A stretch of DNA of 64,000 nucleotides from an uncultured delta proteobacterium (GTDB lineage: Bacteria; Desulfobacterota; BSN033; UBA1163). Every line of letters begins with the position of its first letter. Within the stretch, counting starts at the first letter, position 1. Below, piece after piece: positions 38,606-48,365 of this stretch. The notes beneath the pieces were generated by a model. The model had not been told where the DNA came from. It searched no databases and saw nothing but the letters and a program-made list of their open reading frames with translations. A program made the position numbers and the translations under genes. The stretch covers positions 352,001-416,000 of the forward strand of contig CAWHBU010000006.1 in the NCBI GenBank assembly GCA_963827685.1, read 5' to 3'.

Positions 38606-39475
38606 CTATTTCCCCAAAATACCTGTTGGCTTCACCAGGAGCAGAAGCATGAAGATGACATAGTAGGCAACCAGTGATAGGCCCGGCTCTATATAGGTAA
38701 CGATGCTGCCAACAAGACCCAGTAAAAGACCACCGATAAAACTGCCGGGGATACTGCCCAACCCCCCTAAGACGATCACGATAAGGGCGATGATGGTATA
38801 TTCGAGACCCATCGTTGGTTGAATGTTGTAGGACATGCTTATCAGTGTTCCACCAAAACCAGCCATCAAAGCACCAAAGCCAAAGCATAAAGCCAGCACT
38901 TGGTTGATGTTTACCCCCATGAATCCAGCAGTGCCCGGGTCTTGGGCTGCTGCCCTGATCGCTTTTCCCAGACGGGTACGGGCTAAAAAGAGATAAAATA
39001 CTAAACCTATGACGATTGCAAATCCAAGGGTTATTAGGCGATTGGCGGCAAATATCGCTCCTCCGAAATTGACCGGAAGAGCTAAATAAGAATACCCCTT
39101 TATTCCAGCACCCCATACTAATATAGCCACATTTTGAATAATGAAGAGGAGACCAAAACAGGCTAACATGGAGTTCCCCTCGAAGGCAGCGGGTGACGGG
39201 GATGAGGTTCTAAGGCGTGTGAACAGAGTTCTATAAAGTACAAAACCGATGGTGAACAAAATAGGACCGCAAATGGCCAGGGAAACCAGTGGGTTAATCC
39301 CAACACGGGTGTAAAACCACCAAGTGATGAAAGCCCCGAGCATGATAAACTCGCCATGAGCTATGTTCAGCACCCGGGCAACGCCAAACTGCAGGCTGAG
39401 CCCGACAGCGATCAGGGCATAGATGCCGCCCATCAATAAACCTGCAATCACTATGTCCAGGATCTTCACCATCAT
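38606..39475 (-). CDS. Liv-type ABC permease (LivH-like)
   Basis: YALIAVGLSL.FGV.RVLNIAHGE, GKAIRAAAQD. Confidence 0.9.
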   Translation of the reverse strand: MMVKILDIVIAGLLMGGIYALIAVGLSLQFGVARVLNIAHGEFIMLGAFITWWFYTRVGINPLVSLAICGPILFTIGFVLYRTLFTRLRTSSPSPAAFEGNSMLACFGLLFIIQNVAILVWGAGIKGYSYLALPVNFGGAIFAANRLITLGFAIVIGLVFYLFLARTRLGKAIRAAAQDPGTAGFMGVNINQVLALCFGFGALMAGFGGTLISMSYNIQPTMGLEYTIIALIVIVLGGLGSIPGSFIGGLLLGLVGSIVTYIEPGLSLVAYYVIFMLLLLVKPTGILGK

Positions 39476-39605
39476 TAATGATAGCTTCCTAACTTTGAAA
39501 TCCCCCTCGCCCCCCTTTAGTAAAGGGGGGCGAGGGGGGATTTACGATTTTCATAATTCATAGGTTACGAACCCGCAATGAAAAATTTATTTTGATACTC
39601 TATTT

Positions 39606-40838
39606 TTACTTTTTCTTTGGCTGTGGCTTTGGCCATGCTGGCTTGGGATACAAGGGCTTTGCGGTACGCTTCGCCCCAGGATCGATGACCTCAAATACGC
39701 CCTTTTGCCATTGACCTATCTCACCGGGATGATTTACAAAGTATCGATCCTTATCGTACCAGAACGGTCCTAACGCCGTATTGAACTTCTCTTTAGCCAT
39801 GATGTCCCTTATCTTTTTCTGATTCAGGGTTCCCGCCTTCTCGATAGCCTGCTGGAAATGCTGTAGCGACAACCAATAGTACAGGCCCCCCCAGTAGTCG
39901 GGCTCCACCTTAAAGCGAGCCACGAATTTGTCAACGAGTTCCTTGGCTCCGGGAGAAGTTTTCGCATTCCAAGCACCGCCGCCCATGACCCCCTCCACCA
40001 CCTTCGCGCCAAAGTTATCTCTATAGAGGTTGGGCGAAAAGGGTAAGACGGTAATGAAGAAGGCGTTGAAGTTAATGCCAAGCTCAAGTGCCTGAGCGGT
40101 AAGGAGCATTCCCCCATCAGGATAGGAAGCAGCGAAAAAGGCATCAACATTAAGCGACTTGGCCTCCTTCAATAGTGGCGATAGGTCCTTAATCCCAGGA
40201 GGATAGCTCTTTTTCATTTTGACATTGATTTTCTTCTGCTTGAAATACGGGACCATGGCATCACCATACTCTACGCCGTGGAGGTCTCCACGGTAGATCA
40301 CCGCCACCGACTTCACACCCACTTCCTCAAAAATGTTCGCAAGAGCTGGGGCCTGTGTTTCGGAAAAATTCAAAACCTGGAAGAAGTAGGGTAAGCTAAG
40401 TTTCTTGAGCTCCAACGCACCACCGGGGCCACCGATCAGGATATACCCGTACTTGTTGGCGATAGGAGCGGCAGCAAAGAGCCAAGCGGTGCCCCAGGGA
40501 GGAAAGACAAAGTCAACCTTGTCCTGTAAAATTAATCTTTCCAGAAGGTTCGTCATCGTGCCTATATCGCTTTTATCGTCATATCTTTTAAGCTCCACGG
40601 GCAATTTTTTGCCATACTCCTTCACATATATCCCGCCGTTCTTATTGACCTCCTCAACCCACAATTCGTAGATTGGACCGCCTGCTATCTGAACAGCGCC
40701 GGCAAGTGGGCCGGAGAGAGAGATCGCCTGGCCAATGACGATTTTGTCTTTGGCTGGCGCTGCATTAAGAGTAGGACAGAATAGAAACATGACAACCGGA
40801 ATCACCATCAATAATGCAGGAAACCATTTCTTTTTCAT
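39606..40838 (-). CDS. ABC substrate-binding protein (Liv/HAAT type)
   Basis: Signal peptide, IGQAISLSGP, VN..GGI...PVEL..YDD.SD. Confidence 0.88.
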   Translation of the reverse strand: MKKKWFPALLMVIPVVMFLFCPTLNAAPAKDKIVIGQAISLSGPLAGAVQIAGGPIYELWVEEVNKNGGIYVKEYGKKLPVELKRYDDKSDIGTMTNLLERLILQDKVDFVFPPWGTAWLFAAAPIANKYGYILIGGPGGALELKKLSLPYFFQVLNFSETQAPALANIFEEVGVKSVAVIYRGDLHGVEYGDAMVPYFKQKKINVKMKKSYPPGIKDLSPLLKEAKSLNVDAFFAASYPDGGMLLTAQALELGINFNAFFITVLPFSPNLYRDNFGAKVVEGVMGGGAWNAKTSPGAKELVDKFVARFKVEPDYWGGLYYWLSLQHFQQAIEKAGTLNQKKIRDIMAKEKFNTALGPFWYDKDRYFVNHPGEIGQWQKGVFEVIDPGAKRTAKPLYPKPAWPKPQPKKK

Positions 40839-41010
40839 AGCATACCTCCTCGTACAATATCTTTCGCTAATGGTTAAGGATCTTCTTGACCTGTGGACAA
40901 GGGACCTCTGTCATCACATGGGATCACCCTCCTTTACTCTCATCACCTCCTTCTACTGTAAACTTGACACAATGAGACTCATACATTAATTGGAATTTTT
41001 CCGTTTTGAA

Positions 41011-42120
41011 CTACGGTCGCAGAACCGGTTTGACCACTTTCCCCTTTTCCATATCTTCCACCGCCTTTTTTATTTCGTCGAATGGGTAGAATGTGATCAA
41101 CCGGTCAAAGGGAAACCGCCCCTGGCGATACAATTCAATCAGTATGGGGATAAACAGATCCGGAACGGAATCGCCTGCGATGATCCCTTTAACTGTCCGG
41201 CCGTTCATGATCTTGTCCATATCCAACGCAACCTCTGTGCCAGGTGCTACAACTCCAAGCAGTCCGCAAACCCCACAGCGGGGTCCACCGCGAGGCAGGG
41301 AATCCACGGCCTGCCGTAACACCTTGGGATTGCCGACGCACTCCAGCGTGAAGTCTGCACCCTCACCCGTGATCTCCTGGATGGCGGCAACCGGATCCAC
41401 CTTGCCGGAATTAATGGTATGCGTGGCGCCGAATTTCTTAGCCATCTCCAGACGGTCAGAATTGATATCCACGGCAATAATGGTTGTGCAACCGCACACG
41501 ATCGCTGCGAGAATAGCGCTCATCCCCACCGGACCGACACCGAATACCGCGATGGAAGCCCCCGCTTTAGGGTGAAGCGAGATCATGACCGCGCCTGCGC
41601 CTGTCCGAATGCCACAGCCCATGGGGCCAAGAATCTCGAGGGGGACGTCTTCTCTCACCTTTACGACGTTCCGTTCGCCGGCCAACGCAAAATTGGCGAA
41701 GGAGGATTGGCCAAAAAAAGAGCCATGGATGACTTGATTGCCCTTTCGCAAGGTCGCCGTACCGTCAATACGGGCGCCGCCGAAATTGAGGGGGAAAAAA
41801 TTCGCACAATAGGCATCATAGCCCGACCTGCATGAGATGCATGCCCCACAGGAGTCCCAGCCCAATACCACGTGATCGCCGGGTTTGACCTTGGTCACCT
41901 GTTTTCCCACCTTTTCAACAATGCCGGCCCCTTCATGCCCGAAGACACTTGGCGGCGGTGGGATCGGTAAATGACCGTCCCGGGCACCCAGATCCGTATG
42001 GCAAATTCCGGAGGCTACAATACGCACCAACACCTCATCATCCCTCGGCTCATCGAGATCTATCTCCTCGATCTTAAAAGGACCTGACTTCTCCCATACC
42101 ACAGCCGCTTTGATTTTCAT
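41011..42120 (-). CDS. Zn-dependent alcohol dehydrogenase (aryl-alcohol dehydrogenase-like)
   Basis: CHTD, GHEGAG, CxxCxxC, FFGQSSFA, GCGI.TGAG, G.FPFDRL. Confidence 0.9.
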   Translation of the reverse strand: MKIKAAVVWEKSGPFKIEEIDLDEPRDDEVLVRIVASGICHTDLGARDGHLPIPPPPSVFGHEGAGIVEKVGKQVTKVKPGDHVVLGWDSCGACISCRSGYDAYCANFFPLNFGGARIDGTATLRKGNQVIHGSFFGQSSFANFALAGERNVVKVREDVPLEILGPMGCGIRTGAGAVMISLHPKAGASIAVFGVGPVGMSAILAAIVCGCTTIIAVDINSDRLEMAKKFGATHTINSGKVDPVAAIQEITGEGADFTLECVGNPKVLRQAVDSLPRGGPRCGVCGLLGVVAPGTEVALDMDKIMNGRTVKGIIAGDSVPDLFIPILIELYRQGRFPFDRLITFYPFDEIKKAVEDMEKGKVVKPVLRP

Positions 42121-42139
42121 TTTGAACCCCCTTTGAAAC

Positions 42140-43849
42140 CTAAAATTTATTAACGCTATCTATCTCTTCCTCCGGAACATCAAAAACATTTCCACTCGGT
42201 GGCAGTTTCTCCTCCATAAAGAACCTTGGCAACCGATCATCCTTTGCTGTAAAACCGGCGGCATTATTGAACTTCTTCTCAGCTTTCAGCGCGGAAGTCC
42301 CCAAATTGAGCAGATAATTCTCATTGAGGGATTCACCGGTTATTGCTGAAACACACGATATGAGAGATGATTGTGGTACCGGCTCGAGAAGCGGCATGCC
42401 GGCCATCATGCAAAGGCCCAGACTATCTACTGCAGCCATGAAGGTCTGTATAAACTGCGATGGGGGCCCCTGCCCGGTAGGAGATACGGGACTATACGAA
42501 GGGTTTCCAGGATTGGGCAGGACAATGCCTGCAGTATGGTCCCCTCCCATCGGCGAGGTCGCATAGGTTACCCCAAGCCCTTTCAGTCCCCTCGGGTCAT
42601 AGGCCGATAGACATTGACCCTTTACCTGAGGGATCCTTTTCACCTTCAACTTCTCCCCTGTAAACTTGCAGCCGTTGCCAATCATTATCCCCCGATCCGT
42701 GGCCTTCCCTATCTCCTTGACAAGGCTGAGAGCGGCTTTTCCATCTCCCCATGCCAGCAGCCCTGCCTCCATCGCAACAGCGATCGCTCCGCCAATGTCC
42801 ATCGTATCGACTCCGACATCATTGCAAACCCGGTTCATATGCGCAATGCTGTCAAGATCATCGATCATACAGTTCGAGCCCATCAACCCAATCGTTTCAT
42901 ACTCAAGACCGGAAACAATGACCTCCCCCTTTTCATCTGTATAGACATTGGAACAACTGACAATACACCCATCCATGCAACGGTGGCTGGGTTGAGCATT
43001 TGGCCGCTTCTTCATCACCTCTGCCATGTACTCGCCGGAAATCTTCTCAGCTCCCTCGAATTGCCCAAGGGAGTAGTTTTTTGTTGGGAAACACGCAAAG
43101 GAATTGATCATCATCACCAAAACAGGGGTCCCTATATCTCTGAACCCCGGCCCCAAGGGATCCGCCAGGATGGCTTTCGAGAGTGCAGCCATGGCTTCTC
43201 GGAATTTTGCCTTATCCTTGGCTTCTACCGGATTACAACCGGTATCATCGATCATGACGGCTTTAAGATTTTTGGAACCCATCACGGCACCCAGCCCGCC
43301 TCTCGCAGCCACCCGGATGTGAAAATCGGGCGTCGTCACCATCACCGACGCAGCCTTCAATTTCATCTCACCGGCTGGCCCCATCGAGATGATCGAAATC
43401 TTATTCCCATGCTCCTTCTCCATTCTCTCAATAAGCTCATAATTACCAACCCCTTTCAGGGAGGAGGCAGGAGAAAAGGTCGCTCCGCTCTTGTCGATTT
43501 TCAGCAACGTGAGTTCTTTTGCACGGCCTTCAATCACCACAGCCTGAAACCCAAGTCTCGCTATCTTCTGGGCGGCTGATCCTCCTGCGTTGGCCTCCTT
43601 GATGCCGTTGGTCAACGGGCTCTTGGCTCCCACGGAGAGTCTGCCAGTATTAGGAACCGCAGTCCCTGCCAAAATTCCTGCAGAAAAAATCAATTTGTTC
43701 TCAGGACCAAGGGGGTCTGCCTTTGGAGGTACTTCTCTCCCAATGATATTGGAGGACAACCCTCTCCCCCCTAATCCCTGGTACTCCTTGGGCATCTCTT
43801 CTACCTTAACCTTCAACTCAGATAGATTGACCCGCATTATCTTTCCCAT
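42140..43849 (-). CDS. Aldehyde:ferredoxin oxidoreductase family protein
   Basis: GGRGL, KSPLTNGIKEANAGG, RGGLGAVMGSKNLKA, C..C...C, EYET, TSPMGGDH. Confidence 0.9.
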   Translation of the reverse strand: MGKIMRVNLSELKVKVEEMPKEYQGLGGRGLSSNIIGREVPPKADPLGPENKLIFSAGILAGTAVPNTGRLSVGAKSPLTNGIKEANAGGSAAQKIARLGFQAVVIEGRAKELTLLKIDKSGATFSPASSLKGVGNYELIERMEKEHGNKISIISMGPAGEMKLKAASVMVTTPDFHIRVAARGGLGAVMGSKNLKAVMIDDTGCNPVEAKDKAKFREAMAALSKAILADPLGPGFRDIGTPVLVMMINSFACFPTKNYSLGQFEGAEKISGEYMAEVMKKRPNAQPSHRCMDGCIVSCSNVYTDEKGEVIVSGLEYETIGLMGSNCMIDDLDSIAHMNRVCNDVGVDTMDIGGAIAVAMEAGLLAWGDGKAALSLVKEIGKATDRGIMIGNGCKFTGEKLKVKRIPQVKGQCLSAYDPRGLKGLGVTYATSPMGGDHTAGIVLPNPGNPSYSPVSPTGQGPPSQFIQTFMAAVDSLGLCMMAGMPLLEPVPQSSLISCVSAITGESLNENYLLNLGTSALKAEKKFNNAAGFTAKDDRLPRFFMEEKLPPSGNVFDVPEEEIDSVNKF

Positions 43850-44051
43850 GGTTTGTACCTCCTTTATTAAGAATGAATACTCATCTGAGATTCATCATCT
43901 TTTTTGAATTCAACAGATTACACACTTTATTAAATTCCCCTCGATAATCATATTAGACCAATGGTATAACCCCTATCAGAGTAAGAATTTTTTGTCAATA
44001 AAAGATATTGCAAACATTCCAATTTTGCTATGCTCTTGCAAAAAGAAAATA

Positions 44052-44650
44052 ATGGCAAAAATCAGACCCATAGGGCAATTCCGAGTCTCAGAAGAGGTGT
44101 GTGCCCAGCTAAAGCAGTCTCTCCTGGTAGGTCATTTCCAACCGGGAGATAAACTTCTCCCTGAGCGAGACCCGGTTGAGGAGTTTCAAGTCAGCCGTGC
44201 GGCAATCCGGGAAGCGTTTAGGATTCTTAAGAACTCAGGTTTTATTGCAACACACCAGGTGTAAACGGTGGCATGTATGTGACTGAGCTTGCTTTTGGGC
44301 ATATCTGTAATGCTTTTCTTGACCTGTTCTTAGCTGATAAAATCTCTATCCCTGAACTCTATCACGTGAGACTTCTTATAGAGTCGGAGATTGCCAGATT
44401 AGCCACGTTAGCTATTACGCCAGAATACGCTCAACGTTTAGAAAAAGCTTTGCAGTGTGAAGAGCTCCCCACAAAAACTCTGTGGGAAGATATGGAAATG
44501 AAGACGGCGGTGCATCACATTCTGACTGAGATGTGCGGCAACCGCTTTCTTGAAGCCATCCTCAGGTCTTCAATGAAGCTCACGCACAAGGTTATAGAAA
44601 AGGAAATTACCATAGCCAATCTACACCGTTCATTTATGTTTTACAGATAG
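44052..44650 (+). pseudogene. GntR/FadR regulator, frameshifted and C-terminally truncated paralog of 31574-32458
   Basis: 1-bp loss near 44259 splits the expected QGVNGGMYV; DLFLADKISIPE shared with the paralog. Confidence 0.75.
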
Positions 44651-44747
44651 CCCATTCGGGTCAACAGGAGTTTTTGGGGGATATGCTTGTCATGGTTGAA
44701 TCTATTTCTTCCGTGAGAAGGAAGTTGGTATTCCATTCTGAGCAATA

Positions 44748-45251
44748 CTATTCCCAAGGATATTTTGTTTTTAATCTTTTTCCCCCCATCTTAGCGAGCA
44801 GTTTTTCGATCGTACCAAAATAGATGCATCGGCCAATGCACTTATCTACACAGGCAGGTCTCTCTCCTCGATCAATTCGGTGATAGCAGAGATGACATTT
44901 CTCTGCAACCCCCTTCTCTGAATTGAACTGCATCACTCCAAAAGGGCAGGCTTCCATGCAAGCCTTGCATCCAATACAGGCTTCCGGATCAATGAGAACG
45001 ATGCCATCGGGTCTTTGGGAGATCGCATCGACTGAACAGGCCTCCTTACAAGGCGGTTTCGAACATTGTAAGCAGTAAGCAGGAGCATAAGTAAGTTTCA
45101 GTTTGCCATTTATTTTTTGAACTCCTTCCGTTCTCACATGTATCCATCGTGATCCTTCAGGAGGGTTATTCTCCTGTTTGCAGGCTAACTCACAGGTGTC
45201 ACAACCCCAACAAAGGTCTTCATCTACTATCATTGCAATTCGTTCGTTCAT
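44748..45251 (-). CDS. 4Fe-4S dicluster protein (DmsB/NrfC-like)
   Basis: Four CxxCxxCxxxC-type motifs. Confidence 0.88.
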   Translation of the reverse strand: MNERIAMIVDEDLCWGCDTCELACKQENNPPEGSRWIHVRTEGVQKINGKLKLTYAPAYCLQCSKPPCKEACSVDAISQRPDGIVLIDPEACIGCKACMEACPFGVMQFNSEKGVAEKCHLCYHRIDRGERPACVDKCIGRCIYFGTIEKLLAKMGGKRLKTKYPWE

Positions 45252-45291
45252 TGTCTCTTCCCATCCTTAATAAGGATATCCCACCGATGAT

Positions 45292-45440
45292 AAATTCCAA
45301 TCACCAAATCCCAAATTCCAAATAAGCTCCAATTACCCAATATCCAAATACCCAAAACGTTTCCTTGTTCCTTTCTTTAAGAATTTGGTCATTGGAATTT
45401 TGGTATTATTTGGCAATGGGTGCTTGGAATTTGGTTATGA
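45292..45440. repeat. Inverted array of degenerate heptamers (CCAAAT.. / ..TTTGG)
   Basis: caccaaatcccaaattccaaat ... tttggtcattggaattttggt; related array at 60455-60590. Confidence 0.6.
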
Positions 45441-45449
45441 CCGCCTACT

Positions 45450-47572
45450 TCACCCTCCTCTTTTTGGGTATATCTTGCAAAGCAACACTCTCAGATTGGT
45501 TGCACCCATGGCCGGGTCACAAGTGGCTGGATCATTGTCTGTCAAGAGATTGATGTTTGAATCCCTCCATCCATGTTCAGGAAAATCCTTTTCAGGAAAC
45601 CACCAAGCATGCTGGGCCCCGATTACCCGTGGGTCAATTCCTATCGTTAATTTTGCCCGTTGAAAACACTTCCCTCGCAAGGATTCCATCGCCACCCAAT
45701 CCCCTTCTTTGATTCCTTCCCTTTCCGCTGTCTCAGGATGGATTTCTACAAAGGGTTCAGGCAGAATTTCCCTCAGCCATGGAATCTGCCGATGCTCAGA
45801 ATGGAAAAAAGCAGTGGGACGCATACCGGTAATGAGGATGTAAGGATAATCCTTCAGGAGATCTGGACGGCTCAAAGGAGATTCAGGAGGTTCTCGAAAC
45901 TGAGGAAGAGGATCGTATCCCCATTCTTTCATCCGTGTGGAATGGAGTCGACCTTTCCGGTGGGAGTAGAAAATCCCCTTTTTTCGTATTTCCGATACTC
46001 CATCTTTCCTCGAAGAAAACCTTTCTTTACAAATTCCTCAAATTTCAAGCCGGACGGGGCAAGGATAGCATTTAAGGCATCGTGAATGGTCGGCCACCAG
46101 TGTTCTTTCTGCCCCATCCGATTTCCGATGTCATTCAGCATCTCATGATCTGACTTGCATTCTCCCACCTGGATCACCTTCTGACGAGCCAACACATATC
46201 CATGCCTTTTCCAGAATTCTGCCACATAATCCATTTCAAGCCAGGTGGCTGCCGGGAGCACGAGATCCGCCAATTCAGCCGTGGGGGTTAAGAAAAAGTC
46301 TGAGACAGCGAGGAAATCCACTTTTTCCAAAGCCTCATAAACATTGGAGGCATTGGCTCGTGTGATGACGGGATTCGAAGAAATCAGAAAGGCCATCTTG
46401 ACGGAATAGGGCTTCTCGTAAAGGATGGCATCCCAGACAAACTTCGGATTGATGATGGCAAAGGCGTCTGCTAATTTGAAAACATCTCCGCCTAATCGTT
46501 TTTTTCTCTGTTCAGGGGCAAGCAGTCGGTGTGCCCCAAATTGACCGGCATTCATCGTCGGAGGAGGCACATAAAAGACCATTCCACCCGGGACATCGAG
46601 ATTCCCTGTGACAGCGGCTAAGGCGATGAGAATCCGGTTATTATCGACACAATTGATAGACTGCTCTATGGCCACGCCCCATTGGATGCACGCAGGTTTA
46701 GTCTTGGCAAAGAGTCGAGCAGCTTCCTCAATTTTTTCTTCAGGGATTCAGGTAATCTCAGAGACCCGCTTAAGCGGATACTCCTTAACACGAACCAGAA
46801 ACTCTTCCCATCCGTAAACCCATTTTTCAACAAACTCCTTATCGTGAAGCCCCTCCTCAATAATGACATGGAGCATCCCCAGGGCCAGAGCTACATCCGT
46901 CCCTGGCCGAAGCTGAAGCCAAAGATCTGATCGATCAGCCAACTTGGTGAATCGAGGATCAACGACAATCAACTTTGCGCCTCCCGATAGAGCATCGGAG
47001 AGATGAACCCCCTTATATTCATCTGGGTTGGAGATGATGGCATTATTTCCCCAGACCATAATACATTTTGGATTTCCCTCGTAATCGCAGACCGGTAGAT
47101 TCCCGCAAGTGATGACAGAGGTAGAAACCCTTGGTCCATAACACATATGGCCGGCTGTAAGGACATTGGGAGTTCCAAGGAGATTAGCAAACCTGTAAAT
47201 GAAAGCCTCATTGTCTCGGCCTGTCCCATAGCCAAGGACGATGGACTCAGCTCCATATTTCTCTTTATATGCTTTCATTTTTGTTGTCAGAATATCATAG
47301 GCTTCATCCCAGGAGATTCGCTCCCACTTCCCTTCTCCTCTGGCCCCCTTTCTTTTTAATGGATAGACCAGTCGATCCGGATGATAAGCTAATTGAATCG
47401 AAGCAATTCCCTTAGGGCAAAGAGTTCCCCGGCTGATGGGCGATTCAGGATCCCCTTCAATCCGTATGACCCTGCCGTCCTTGACATGAACCAGAACCCC
47501 GCAACCCCCGTGACAGATACGACAGTGGCTTCGAACGATCCTTTCGTCCGATAGCTGAATAGGATCCATCAT
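45450..47572 (-). pseudogene. Molybdopterin oxidoreductase (acetylene-hydratase-like) with an in-frame TGA and a frameshift
   Basis: CRICHGGC...CPKG, LRPGTD, DLVLPAATWLE, FHSEHRQ; TGA at 46748-46750 (EIT*IPEEKI) and 1-bp loss near 45950 (GKVE-LHS). Confidence 0.8.
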
Positions 47573-47676
47573 TGTCTCCTTCCGTTTTTGTACCACCTAT
47601 TCCTTTCATGGTATCGGTCGTGCAGACCTCTGAACAAGGGGAAATGAGAAGCAACGGCAATCCTAATGATATTCCC

Positions 47677-48051
47677 CTACCCTCGAACGCAACGGACATA
47701 GTACAGGTTACTCTTATAGTAGCTAAGCACATAGGCGCCGTCGAACATCACGATCCAGGCATTTTTTGTGTCACGCTCGAAGGTTGTGGATGACCAATAG
47801 GATAATTCATCTCGAAAGGGAACCTCTTCGCGCATAGGAGGTCTCCCTTCCGGACGTGCTTTGGTCTTGTCCAGTAAAGATTCCAGTTCCGGTAAAGTTG
47901 GTAAACGCCAATCTTTCTTCCGGTCCAGGAAGAGTGATTTAGCATATTCCTGGGCTTTGTGCCAGGTCATCTCGCCAGGAGATTCGCGCTGCCATTCCAG
48001 ACCGGTTTTGGGATTTTTCCACGTGAGGGGCCCGTGTCTCTCAGAGGGCAT
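47677..48051 (-). CDS. DUF1566 (Lcl C-terminal) domain protein
   Basis: TGLEWQ, W..A..Y, DWRLPT..EL, YWSST, VRCVR. Confidence 0.85.
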   Translation of the reverse strand: MPSERHGPLTWKNPKTGLEWQRESPGEMTWHKAQEYAKSLFLDRKKDWRLPTLPELESLLDKTKARPEGRPPMREEVPFRDELSYWSSTTFERDTKNAWIVMFDGAYVLSYYKSNLYYVRCVRG

Positions 48052-48365
48052 ATTAGAAATGGAAAAGGGTTCTAGGAGTTAGGGAGCAGAGAGTGGAAAG
48101 TAGTCAATCCACCTTCGACCTTCCACCTTCCATCATCGATTTCATTTGAACTTTGTAATTTGAACTTTGATATTGCTATGCTGTCAATGTTTCGAACCTC
48201 TTCCATCAGTTCTCCTCCTTACCTGTGATAGGGGTGATAAACTTAAGAATGTAGACAAAGGTCAATATAATCTCTGCATTCTTAAGGATGGCAGGATTTT
48301 CCTGTCCGAGTGTCCGTAGCCTGATAGCGCTTTTCTCAAGCCTCTCGATCTCTTTTCTTATCTGT

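Noticed and set aside
42614-43579. 321-aa plus-strand ORF and similar antisense ORFs (e.g. 11047-11727, 34828-35526, 48855-49436)
   Set aside because: Shadow ORFs opposite well-supported genes, with no recognisable motifs.
46748-46750. In-frame TGA as selenocysteine
   Set aside because: The context (EIT*IPEEKI) fits Trp rather than a Cys ligand, no obvious SECIS hairpin follows, and the gene has a second lesion.
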